Origin: Camelus ferus
Lineage: Eukaryota
Reading direction: 5' to 3'
Assembly: GCF_009834535.1 (NCBI RefSeq)
Contig: NC_045697.1
Coordinates: forward strand, 57,414,001-57,478,000
DNA length: 64,000 nt
Below, one piece after another: positions 38,201-50,330 of this stretch (within the stretch, counting starts at the first letter, position 1; each line of letters begins with the position of its first letter). The translations under genes and the position numbers were made by a program. The notes under the pieces are model-generated. The model had not been told where the DNA came from and did not search any database. It saw only the letters and a list, made by a program, of their open reading frames with translations.

Positions 38201-39231
38201 GCTCATACTCTGCAGTAGATCAGGTCCTCTGAGTTCAGGTCATGATTTTAGAATTCAAGCTTTTAAAATAAATGTAAAAAAGTTCTTGTCCTGGCATTGC
38301 TCTTAAGGAAAAAAACATAAATGCAGAAATATGCAAAAACAGTAGTACCCAAACTAAAAATAAAAAAAAATCTGAATAGTAAAACGTGTACACATACATG
38401 TAAATAAATCTATCGCCTGTCTGTCAAGGGAATATTATGAAGTATTATGCCAAAATGTTACCAAGGGCATATCTATGGTTGATGTGGTTATAGATTATTA
38501 TTATTTTGCCATTATAAATATCTGTATTTCCTCATCTTCTAGATTACCAGTAACTATTACTTAAATATTACAATAGATTACAAATTAATTTATATTTTAT
38601 TATAAAGTATGAAAAATTGAGGTTAAAATACCTCATTTATATTTAATCTAATTCCCTGAAGAGTTAGGTAAATAGTAGAAATTGCTGTCAGAGCAGTAGA
38701 GTCAAGAAGTAAATTGCAAATAATTGATCTAAAACTGGACTAAATAGCAATGTTTAAGCACAAGCACATAAATACAGAATGACTTTTAAAACAAATGGAC
38801 AAACTGTTGACTTCAGAGCCCTTTTAAGGGAAAGTCATAGGTTGCTCTGGGCAACTATCTACTATGAAGGTGTGATAGATGGAGTTGCTCAAACATCCCT
38901 AGAAAAATTAATTTTCACTCATAGCACTAGAGTAATCTGAATTTTTATAGGTAACCTCAGATCATCCTAATGCATGAGAAAAACCTTTGCATTATAACTA
39001 AGACATATCTTGGTTAAAGGGAAAAGTTTTTCCACGGTTAGCTCCTCTTCGGGATAGCTTAAAAAGAGCTGACCTGAAACATCTACACTTATTGATGACT
39101 GTTCCTTGAGAAACATCCTCATGAACAACGTCTTGCCCCTTCAGATGGGTCCAATCACACATACAGGAAGCGCTGGAAGAACTCTAGTGAGTTTTAATTC
39201 TGTACCACACCAGGCCTTCTGCCTCAAAGAA

Positions 39232-39423
39232 GGAGTGCAGTGTAGTGAAAGGAACAGCAAAAGAAGTGCAATGTTTTAAAGCCAAATAGTCTGGCTCTTT
39301 ATTTTTTTCAGTTTTGGACATCACACAGGTTAGTTTTTTCTTTAAGGCCCAGTTTCCTCATCTTTAATATAGTAATAGCAACTACAATTTCACAAGATTG
39401 TTTTTGGAATTAAATAAGATGAT
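39232..39423 (+). mobile_element. MIR SINE
   Basis: 'gcagtgtagtgaaaggaac...cccagtttcctcatctttaatatagtaatagc...tcacaagattgtttttggaattaaataagat'. Confidence 0.65.
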
Positions 39424-41304
39424 CATTCAATAACAAATAGCTTATGAGTATCAGGAACTATATTAGATATTGAAGCTATACATAATATAATCATCATAAT
39501 AAATGAATGCCCTGCCCCTGACTTTGAGGGACTCAGAATGTGCTAGCATATGGAACACACCAGCTTTATTAAGTCATCTTTACTCATCCTCAGTCATTGT
39601 GTCACAGGCTAAAAAAGGCTAGTAACTTTTCTTCCCCTTGTATGAACTTTTTTAGCTCAATAACAACTACTTCTCTCACCAATTTTAAGATTTTTTTAAT
39701 ATCCCATTTAGTTTTTCTTTTCTTTTCTTTTTCCCCAGCTTCTTCCCAATTCAGTGGGGAAATGTGAATGACTTTGAGCGTAACTAATAATATTTTACAT
39801 TAGGATGAGAAATAACCAAGAAGCAATACTAAATCTTACTAGGTAATCAGAATATGCATGTAAAAGAATTCATTTTGAACTCAATTGATTAACCGTAAAC
39901 CATTTCTTTCATATAATATATGAATTTGGGTGAATTACTTACTTTTATGAACCTATTGATTATAAAATATGGTTCATTAGATTCTATGTATTTGGCTCAG
40001 TTATAAACCTATTAATTTTGCTTTAGCTCTGCAAGGATTAACAAGAATAAAAAATCTAACAGATGAAAGAGCTTAAATCTATAACAGTCAACTTGTAAAT
40101 GTTAGATGTTACTTTGTAGCAGGTTTTTAAATATTCACACCACAAATAAAAACATGATGTGTTAAAATATTTGTGTGTGATTGAATTTTAATAGATCCAA
40201 AATAAGACAGTTTTCCTTAAACACAAAATAGTAGGGTTCTTCATACAGATTGTTTTTGTTTTTTACAGAAAATGAAAAAATAAGCATGAAAAGTGTGAGA
40301 AACACCTGCAAATAAAGTAAATAAGGATACTAGAAAAATCCTAAATAGTTAATTCACAAAGAACAAAGAGAATCTTTAAAGAAAAAAAAAAGTTCATGTA
40401 GTTTACCTTGTCAAATACTTGTTTTTCTGTAAATACAGCTACTAGGATGATAGAAAATTTTGAATTCTTGATAAATAATGTATGTGCTTTTAAATACCAG
40501 GGGATAGAAACATGAATAACACATGTTGCCTTAAATTCCAAAAGCTTATAATCAAGTTGGGGATACAAAAACATACATAATACACAGGCATACTATCACA
40601 CAGTTTTAAAGAATTGTCCAATGAAGCATATAATAATATTAATGATCATCTTTTAGATTTTGTTTAAACAATGTAATAAATAAGGCCAATAAGTAAGATA
40701 CAGAGAAAGAATTGAAGAAACAGCTTACTAAATAATTAAAGAGAATGAACTGCACATACTATAACTCCCTGTATACGTGTGTCTTTTTCTTATTAGAAGG
40801 TACTTAAAGTTACCTAGGAATCATGCGGTTCAAGAACCCATTTATAAATGAAGAAACATAAAATTAAAATGTTATATTGACTCTTTAATATCTGCATTGC
40901 AGTGGAATTTAGATTCTTCACTGAGACTGTGGACGGAATATTGGACTCACCATCATATATCTTATTTTTTTATCTAATTCAATCAATTCAATAATTTTAG
41001 CAAATTACTGTCTAGAATTACCCTGATTGGCCCACAATAATGAATATTTTCTCAATCTTTTAACTTACAACTCAGTGATGTAGTATGATTTGATTCAGTA
41101 ATCATAGTAAAGCATTTACTTCGTTTGCAGACTTACTCCATTTTAAATTAATTTCCTCATGTATACATTGTGTGTGTATATATGTGCCTGTGTGTGTATA
41201 TATCTCTTTCTCTTAGAATTACACCATGTCAGGAAACATATTTGTGTTATATTCAAGATAAGGTGACAATATGTTTTATAGAGTTAAACTGAAACTGAAA
41301 GATT

Positions 41305-41392
41305 TGAAAATGAAAGTGGGGCAATACTAATTGCTAATCTTGCATGACAGGCATAAGCCTGGACTACCCTAGATAAACTGGCACATGGTATC
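41305..41392. mobile_element. MER94-like fragment (opposite orientation to the 22955 copy)
   Basis: 'tgaaagtggggcaatactaattgc...acaggcataagcctggactaccctagataaactggcacatgg'. Confidence 0.5.
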
Positions 41393-42053
41393 TTCAGTTA
41401 AGATACCTGGGAAATTGAAAGTTAACTGTCACTGTGAGTTTTACATAGACATGACCACAATATTTGATTCTGAAGAAAAACTGCCAATGAGAGCAAATGA
41501 GAAAAATTTTATTGTCAAAGACACAATAAATTTTGATGATCATACCAATTCAAATAGCCAAATTGTATAAAAAACATAGTCTGTATTAATCCTGGGACTT
41601 TAATATCCTTAAATATAATTTCTATTACTATCCTATTATTAAATAGTCATATTTTAGGTATTTTTATAGAAAAAATTAAGCAAATAACATTTTGTATACA
41701 GTAACATAATTTGTTCAGGGTCTGAAATAAAAGTTAGGGAACATAAATGTGAGTCTCATTCTTGGTCAGAGCAAAATATTCAGTTCTTTCTAATCACTTA
41801 AAATTTCTACAAATGTTACCTTTACTGAATCAGCAATAATAATTGATGAAAAAACAAATAAGAACTATCTTTTTGAAAACCCAATATAATGCTCACATTA
41901 TAGAAGGACTTAAAATGAAAATCTTGGATGTTACAGTAAGTAACATGCAAGTTTGAACATAACTTTTTCATTAACTAATTCAAAATTTCACTGGGCACCT
42001 ATGTGTCCCATGCTATGGATCTAGATATTAGAGATCAGAAATGAAGAAAATAG

Positions 42054-42414
42054 TGTTAAAAGATAAACTGTACATTAAAATTTTGAAAAAATTATTTGAG
42101 AGAACATCAACTTGAATCTGGGAGTGTTAAACCAAAATGACTTGGAGTACTCAACTGACAGGATCTTGGGGAAAGACTTACAGAGCAGACACAGAAGCAA
42201 AGCAAGGGACTCATTTGATTGGCCGTAACTTAAGTAGTTGCCTAATTTGGGAAAGGCTAGTTGGCTGTTTGGAATTGATTGGTCTTAGGTTTCAATTTCT
42301 TAAATTTGAGGCATTCATAGGAATTTGCCCTGGTTTGGTTTTTAGTTTGCTTAAAAAGGCTGCCAGGTTAATGGCACCTCAGTCTAATGGCCTTCTTGTT
42401 TAATTATTTTAACA
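42054..42414 (-). mobile_element. ERV1-class solo LTR (MER57/MER93-like), 361 bp
   Basis: Terminal inverted repeat TGTTAAAA...TTTTAACA. 4-bp TSD ATAG (42050-42053 and 42415-42418). Repeated 'tgattgg' (CCAAT box on the minus strand). Confidence 0.85.
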
Positions 42415-42479
42415 ATAGAAAATGAAGCACCTCAGTCTAATGGCCTTCTTGTTTAATTATTTTAACAATAGAAAATGAA
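42374..42479. repeat. Perfect 53-bp tandem duplication
   Basis: gcacctcagtctaatggccttcttgtttaattattttaacaatagaaaatgaa occurs at 42374-42426 and 42427-42479. Confidence 0.97.
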
Positions 42480-44126
42480 ATATCAGTGTTCATGGAGCTT
42501 ACATTGTATGTGACCAATCAAGTGGATTTTCTTTCCATGGTACTATAGTTAAAAGTATTAAATCATGTTCCAATTACCAATTACTATTTATAGATCTGTA
42601 TTTAACAATTCCTATATTTTCACTATTTTCATCAAACAAACTCAAATAAGTTCCCTTAAAATTTGAAGTAAGTTAGCACTTTGCACCAATGCTTAAATAA
42701 TATTACCTGCCAATCATAATATTCTATGAATTGTCAATGCTGTCAGGGGAAAAAGAGCATAGTAGATCACATAATTTACAAGGACTCCCATAAATGCACC
42801 AGTTCTTGTCCCTCCTGCCTTATTCCTTTTCCCCTTCACCATCACCATGTCACATTCTGTGCTCCGACCATATTGGGCACCTTTGACTTTCTTGCAGTTT
42901 AGATAGTAAAATTAATAAAATACCCACCATCAAATCCATTTGAGAGAGTCCATATAGTGTCCCATGAGTAAGAGTAACCTAAAAATTTGGATATTTTCCC
43001 CTTTTTCTCATCCTGGGAATAATAAGCCTTAAAGAAGCCTATGGAAATTGGCATAGTAAAACAGGAGAATTTTTTCTTACACTCAGAAATCTTTAAAACA
43101 TACTATGAGTACTTCAACAGAATTCACTAAATAATTACATATTATCAACTTAAATCTAACTTTGAAGTAGATGACATTTAGATTGCAAATAAATTATTAT
43201 GCTTCAGAGCTATTGAATGTAGCATGGATAGCTACATGGTAAGTATATATAATTTTATTTTGAGCAAAGCCTAAAACATATGAATATATACGGGAAATAA
43301 TTTTGTCATAGTATTTGATTCTATACTATTGAGTAGGCCACGGTCATTTCATTATGAGTATTACTTCGAACATATTAAATTGAAAACATTTTTTTTCAAA
43401 AAAATGAATTTCATCAAACTGTAAAAGTGAGAAATTTAACAAAATATTTATTGTATGATGTAAATGTGAGCCTTTTTTGAGTAATTATCTAATATAGGAA
43501 AAATATCAATGTTTCTGTTACTCTTATAAGAGATACAAATGTATAGATGATCAGAAATATGTGATGAAAAATTATGCATCTTTAATATATTATCACTATT
43601 ATGACTAGGTTTAATATAAATTATAAATGTCACTAAAATTATTTATAAGGATGATTATACTTTTACCAGTTTATACACATATATTTGATCCCTTTCTTGA
43701 TTATAATATGCCAATAAATTCAGTATATTGCAAGTGAATTTGAAGGCATATAATTTTGCTTTTTGCTACTGCTTTTTTTTGATGAAAATAATGTAATGAT
43801 AAAAGCTTTCTGATAATGCATTAAATATACACTTCACATTCTCAAAATTGTTTAGAAGAATGTAGAAACTGCTCCCATAGATAAATACAAAAAAAGTTTA
43901 TGTATGTCAAATATTAAAGTTGTCATCAAACTATTCATAGACTATTCTCTCCTTTACTGTACGTATTTATGAGTAGGCTTTTTATTGCATCGCAGTGCAA
44001 TAACAGTTGACATTTTGCAGGAAACTGACTCCATAAAAGTTGACTTAATACCTCCCAGAAGTTAAATCTCATGAGTTGTAATTTCTTTTCATTTAAAAAT
44101 ACTTTATCACTGAACTGCTTGGACTT

Positions 44127-44440
44127 TGTGCAGTAAAGGTTTAGCTCAGCAGTTCTGGGTTGCCCAAACCCTGCACATTCTACAGTTTTTCAGGAATGTT
44201 CTTTGAGCAGCCCTTGAGTGATGACCTCTGAACCCATGGGATGCCCTGGCTGAAAGAATGTCTCTGTATACCTGAGGCCTTGAGCTAAATGAGTTACTTG
44301 ATGCCAACAATATGATTTATAGCAAACGACATCTATGACAATGGTATTATATGCTACAATCAGCTAAGATTGATCCCTGGGGTGATCAGTAGGTTTAATA
44401 TCTGAAGATAGTTAGTATAAAGTACTAAATTAACAGACTC
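44127..44440 (+). mobile_element. MER77/MER68-like ERVL LTR (5' part)
   Basis: Starts 'tgtgcagtaaaggtttagctcagcagttctgggttgcccaaaccctgcacattc', the MER77/MER68-type start. Confidence 0.8.
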
Positions 44441-44454
44441 CTACATGATCGTAT

Positions 44455-45478
44455 GAAAAGATTTGAAACTATAGAACAATCACTTGTAAATAATACACTT
44501 CTTTACTGTAAAAACACTGAATGAACTAGGAATAAAAGGGATTTTCCTCCCTTGATAAAGTGCATCTGTGCAAACCTGCTACTAGCATCATGCATAACAG
44601 TGAAGGACTTCTCCAGATATGATGAACAAAGCAAGGATTTTTCTTTTGCCATTTTTCTTCAACATTTTACTGTGTATCATTCTAGGTAGTACAGTAAGAC
44701 AACAACAAGAACAAGAACAACTAAATAATTTAAATGCATACACTTTGGAAAGAAAGAAGTAAAATTATATTTCCTGCAATGTGAGTCTGTGTTCCTGGAT
44801 TTCTCACAGAAGATGTGATCCTGTATGTAAGAAATCACAAGGAATATACAAAAATCACGATAATGAACATATTTAGCAGAGTTGCAATATGTAAATTCAA
44901 TATACAAATATCAATTATATTTTTATACACTAGCAACAATTAGAACTTGAAAGTAAGGAAACAATTGCATTTGTGATAACAATACAAAAATAAAATTTTT
45001 TGAAATGTTATAAAGTAGTAAGATGACAAGGCACAGACTGAGAAAAAATATTTTCAAGTGATACTGTTTAAGGGCTTATCTCAGACCATATAAAAGAATG
45101 CTTATTTTTCATTAACAGGAAGACAAATGGGTTAAGCTGAATGATTAAGAAGCACCTGAAAAGATAATGGATGAATTTTCAAAGCATTGTGGTAAGTGAA
45201 AATAGACTCAAAAGGCCACATTCTATATAATGTCACTGATAGGGCATTTTGTAAAATGCAAAAATCTAGAGACAGAAATCAGATAAATAGTTGCTAGGAG
45301 TTGAGAGTAAGTGGAAGAATTTGTTACAAGTGGGAATGAGGCAAATTTTGAGGGGGTGATTAAATTGTTCTATATTTTGTTCATGTTGGTGATTGTGAAA
45401 CTTTGTATATTTTTAAAACTTACTGAACTTTGTTATCAAAAAACCTTCACTGGATAATATATATTATACCACAAATTG
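44455..45478 (+). mobile_element. L1ME-class LINE, deleted ORF2 plus 3' UTR
   Basis: 'aactaggaataaaagggattttcctcccttgataaag' (ORF2) and 'gagacagaaatcagataaatagttgctagg...ttgttctatattttg' (L1ME 3'UTR). Confidence 0.8.
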
Positions 45479-45539
45479 TTAAAATGCTATTTAGTGAAAC
45501 TAAGCAATACATTACAAAAAAATAGTCTCAAAATATTAT

Positions 45540-45840
45540 CAGAATTTCAGCTCTGATTATAATGTAGAAAGTTACAAGGGAATGTCACTCCAACTAACAA
45601 GGAGAGAAAGCTCCATACTCCACGAAAGGATGACTTTCCTTTGTACATCAGTGGTGAATTTGCAAAGTAAACCAGTCAACTGAATATCCAAGTGGGATAA
45701 TCCCCTATGAGGTGAGACGGGACATGAACTATTTCCTTTGCCTTTCTAAGGTCATTGAAGGAAAAGAGAGTCACCATAAAAGCAGACAGAAACAGCTAAA
45801 ATATTAAGATATCTTAGATGCTGAATGTGAACTACCAATT
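45540..45840 (+). mobile_element. Old L1M 5' end-like fragment
   Basis: 'ttcagctctgattataatgtagaaagttacaagggaatgtcactcc' resembles old L1 5' termini. Confidence 0.4.
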
Positions 45841-47004
45841 TAGTGTTGTATCCGTGGACCAGTGCCACACTTAGTTACAGTAACTTTAGTTACTATAGTT
45901 ACAGTAACTTTATAATAGATCTGGAAATTAGATAATGTGACTAATTTTTTTTTTTTTTAGTATCTCTTTTCAAAAGAATTCTGGGTATTCTAGGTGTTCT
46001 AGGTCCTGAATTTCCATTAAAAAATAGAGGTCTCTGCCATATGCTTTCTAGCAATCAACTAGAAAACTGAGAAGTTCATCTTGTGATAGAAAACAGACAA
46101 GTAGAAAAGCTACGTGTGGTCACCAGATAACCTAAAGCTGTTATTGAGGGAGGAGTTTCATATATAGACACTGAAATAAAAGATCTAACACAGGATAATG
46201 TCCACTCTTCCCTAAGCAACTAGCCTAGGTAAGCAGAATTGACTCTTATTCAAATTCTTATGTTCATCTTCTGTTGTTTAGTATAACAAAAAAAATAAAT
46301 TTGATTTTTATTTAAAACCTAGCATATCTAATTTAAAATGCTTGGAAAAAAATTTTGTCCCTCTGTGTTTTCATAATTTTAATTTTTAAGTGTAGGGAAC
46401 AGAAAAGGCGAGAATATCTATAATCATTTTATTTTATGCAGATTATAATTGGGGCAGTTTCATACTTGCTTATTCTATCTAGCCATTGAAAATCGTGATC
46501 TTCAATTTTGCCCCAGAAATGCAGGAATCACATTGATGTTGAAAACTGAGACTGTGAGGTCTTTGAAGAATGGCAAATATAGTGAAAACATACTGATATG
46601 ACTAACATGCACAGGAAACACGCAAAGCTCGATATATGAATACTAAGTATGAACGGGTTCACCTGTACTTATCTCTTACCATGAAGTTAAGCTTGGCTTG
46701 CAGACTATCCAAAGAAAGTACAGCTAGATGGGCTTTTCAGAAATGGCCAGCAAACAGCCATGCTCTTCAGTAGATGTGCCTCAGCACCCCCAAGTCCTCA
46801 GCTTCATCAGTTCTCACATTTGGGAGATAAATGAGTCATAAGATGGCATGGAAAGATTTTCTGAAAGTATTTATTTAGATTTATTTTAGATGCCTCCAAC
46901 TAATGTATTGTGTGAACTGATCTGAAATTTTGGTGACATCAACCTGGCAGGAAGTTCATCCTGGCCAGTTCTTAGGGTACCTGTTTAGCCTGGTTAGTAA
47001 ATAC

Positions 47005-47225
47005 TCTTATTATCACTGTTAAATTTGAGGTAACCAAGCCTTAGAGTTTACATTTAAACTATAAACTATCTATACTTCAATAGAATTTTTTTTTAATTTG
47101 AGTTAACCAAGCCTTAGAGTTTAATTAAATTTCTGAAAAAGTTCAAGTGAGTGGGTAATAATCTGAACCCTGAGTTTTTCTAACTCTGGAATATTTGTTC
47201 AAAATCACTACAGTATACTGCCCTT
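47005..47225 (-). mobile_element. MIR SINE interrupted by a short insertion with duplicated flank
   Basis: Degenerate MIR core 'ttgaggtaaccaagccttagag...tgaaccctgagtttttctaactctgga'. Confidence 0.55.
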
Positions 47226-48029
47226 ATTTGTGTAAAGTAATGTATCTTAAAGGGTAGAAAGATATGCCCCTTTTTTCAAGAACTGGTGCATTCATAAAGG
47301 CTTTGCTAGAGATAGTAGATTAAAAGAAAAATGGAAATTTTAAGTGGAGACCCAGAAGGAACAGTTTTTAAATTAATCATCATGACTGAGGAAGATAGGA
47401 CTTCCACCATTACATGCAAAGAGTTAATATATTTTTATCAAATAAAGAGAAGAGATTCTTAATTAATTACTAGCCAAAAATGCCAATTTGTAGATGTGAG
47501 TTACATTTATGACAACTCTATTATAAGGGAAAATTTCCAAGACAATAAGTATATTTTATTTATAAAACATTTCTTTCTAGAGACATCAGGGTCATTAAGA
47601 TTATTTTACAAATTCTCAGAAATATCCATACATATCTGGGGAGTAATTATTGTACATTGCTAAAAAAATAAATTATAAGTACACAAAGATAAAGATGAAC
47701 AGAAGAGGTCTACAAAGAACATGTTACTGTTTACTGAATACATTCTGGAAAATTTTTGTAGTTATAAACGACAATGCAGAAATCTCAATTAGGTTTAATG
47801 TAACACTTACGAGAAGTCAAAAAACCTAGAAGAGATTTTACAGAAGTGTACACTGTAATCTACAGTAATAGACATTTAAGATACTAAAAATTTATTGAGA
47901 CGAATAATATCTCTGAATTGAATAATTTTACATTCTTTATTTTTATATTATAAACAAATTTTCAAAGATGTACAAAAGAAGCAGAGAAAAACATAAAACA
48001 AAAGGTCAAATTACTTTTGTTTATCAATT

Positions 48030-48262
48030 AGAGTTCAGTTAGGGATTTTCATAAACTTAAGGTTTTGCTCTTAAGGCCTCTCCACTCTCTAATTGGACAA
48101 GGTCCATTCACATTGTTGAAGGTAATTCTCTTTACTTAAAGTCCATTGATTGTAGGCATTTACCACATCTACACAATACCTTCCCAACAATACCTAAATT
48201 AGTGGTTCACTAAATAATTGCATACTGTAGTGTATTAGACATATAAATCTCACCTTGACACT
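48030..48262 (-). mobile_element. MLT2D-like ERVL LTR fragment
   Basis: 'ttttgctcttaaggcct...ttacttaaagtccattgattgtagg...accacatctacacaataccttc'. Confidence 0.75.
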
Positions 48263-49982
48263 TTGTTGCAGATCTTTTAAAAAACTTTGTTACAATACTG
48301 CTGATCAGTGTGTGTAAATTAACTGTCTTCTATTATCAATGATTTTATAATGTAATGTGTAGATAAATTCTTACATAGAATAAAGTGTCCTAAACAAAGG
48401 GGAATAAAATAGTTAATTTAATACAATACCTTTTCCATATCCACTGGTTCAATATTATAATCATATAGTACTGTTAGTGTTTTGAGTTAAATGTTAGAAG
48501 CTGAATAAATATGAAAGGAAGTCCTCCACAGTTCTATACATCAAGTCTTCAATGTCTCTTTATCACACCTTTCTGAATTCTGGAAGCACTATGAGCGACA
48601 ATGAGATATTTTGCTTTTACACATTTTCTGAGTGATTCCAAATCCTGTTAGGCTTTGAATAGGACCCAGATCAAGGATTATCCTTATTGCCTTTTTTTGT
48701 CCAGTGGAGCTTTTTTTTTTTTCAATAATTGTAACATTAAGTATTGTCAAATTGACTCAGTTACAGGATAATGTGTGTGAGCATTCTGGAGGGACAGAGT
48801 GTGGAAGTGCTACAATCACTATCTAAGACTCAGTGCCAGGGAAAGGGTCATGTTCAGTAGTCATATCAACAACTACCATATTCTAGCCAGACCATCCATT
48901 TGCGTCAAAATTTTGGATGCAGTCTTCATTTTTTGCTTCTTGTCTAGGCGGGCTTCTCAAGTTTATATCATTGATGATTTCCAAAAATTCCCTTGTAAGT
49001 TAGTTAGAGTCCTGATATGACAGTATTAGAGCCTTTTATAGAAATGTAATTACCAGTCCCTTTTGCTTTTAAGTTAAGCTACCATGACAGAAAATGTGGT
49101 ATATAGCACTATATAAGTGAGAACAATGAAAAAGTCCTCACCTACCCATAAAATGACAAACTGTGAAGATCTCGATGACAGAGAGGGTATAAAGAAATTT
49201 TATAAAGGCTTGTGTGTAATGCAATGTTTCCCAAGGAACCTATATTCTTTAAAAATCTTCCAGTCAGTAGGACAGTAGGAAACTTTTTGTATACTTAATA
49301 GCTAAGATAGTCAGTACTCTTTTGGAACTACCATTCAAAAAAAGATAATGATTGCAATTTGACAGAAAATAAAGCTGATGAATAAGCCAATTTCAAAGCC
49401 TCTCAGGCTAGTAGTAAATCTCCTGATCTGAATTAAATGGTATAAGCTCCGCACTGCCAAACGGAACAATATTATAACTCTTATTTTTATAGTACATTTC
49501 ACTTAGATTTTTATAGGAAGAGGTTATGAAAAATTTTAAATATGTAAATTATTTTACTGACACAAAGAGATTGCATTTTTTCAATAAAAATTCCAGATTC
49601 TCACTCTCAATTACATTCCATATGATATCTGTTCTCCTAAACATGGAGATTGATGTCCATCTTTTTGAAGAACAAATACAAGGAAACTGTATTTCTAAAT
49701 CTATGACTGAATTCTTTTGCATCATGGAATATTTCTTCGTATCTAAGCTATGATAGTAAATAAATAAAAATTTAAAAGAAACAGATGAACAAAACTTCAC
49801 TAGAGGGAACTTAAAAATACATTCTAACTCCTTATGAAGCCTTTAGGAATGTCTCATGAAAAAAGGAAAATAAATGAAAATATGTGATTTACAAGATAGT
49901 AACTCTGCTTTTCTCTTTGATCTGAACATAATATCTAAGTATATACGATTTTGCAAGAAGTTATAATATTTTTTGTGACAAT

Positions 49983-50330
49983 TGTATTAGTCAGGATTCT
50001 CCAGAGAACAGAAACAATGGATTTATTATAAGAAATTGAGAGAGCTGATGGTATGGTTCTAGTCTAAGTCCAAAGGCCTGAGAACTAAGAGAACTGAAGG
50101 TGTAAGTCCAGTGTGAGGACAGGAGAAGACCAGTATCCAGCTCAGTCAGACAATGAGAGCAGATTCTCCCCTTCTCTACCTTTTTGTTCTAATCAGGCCC
50201 TCACAGAGAGGACAATGCTTACTCGTACCTGGGAGAGCCATCTGCTTAGTCTGCCGATCCAAATGCTAATCTGACCCAAACACCTGAACCTCGTGACCCC
50301 ATCAAGTTGTTACATAGAAGTAGCATGACA
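49983..50330 (-). mobile_element. MLT2B/C LTR (3' LTR of the adjacent ERVL)
   Basis: 'tgtattagtcaggattctccagagaacagaa...catcaagttgttacatagaagtagcatgaca' is followed directly by the PPT-side internal 'actccacccctt'. Confidence 0.85.

Larger units (their letters stand above)
41965..42510 (-). mobile_element. L2 3' end split by an LTR insertion
   Basis: 'cactgggcacctatgtgtcccatgctatggatctag...gaaatgaagaaaatag' lies before the LTR and 'tcatggagcttacattgta' after it. Confidence 0.55.

Noticed and set aside
42374..42479. Direct repeats as a CRISPR-like array
   Set aside because: There are only two abutting copies, no spacers, and the context is mammalian. It is a simple tandem duplication.
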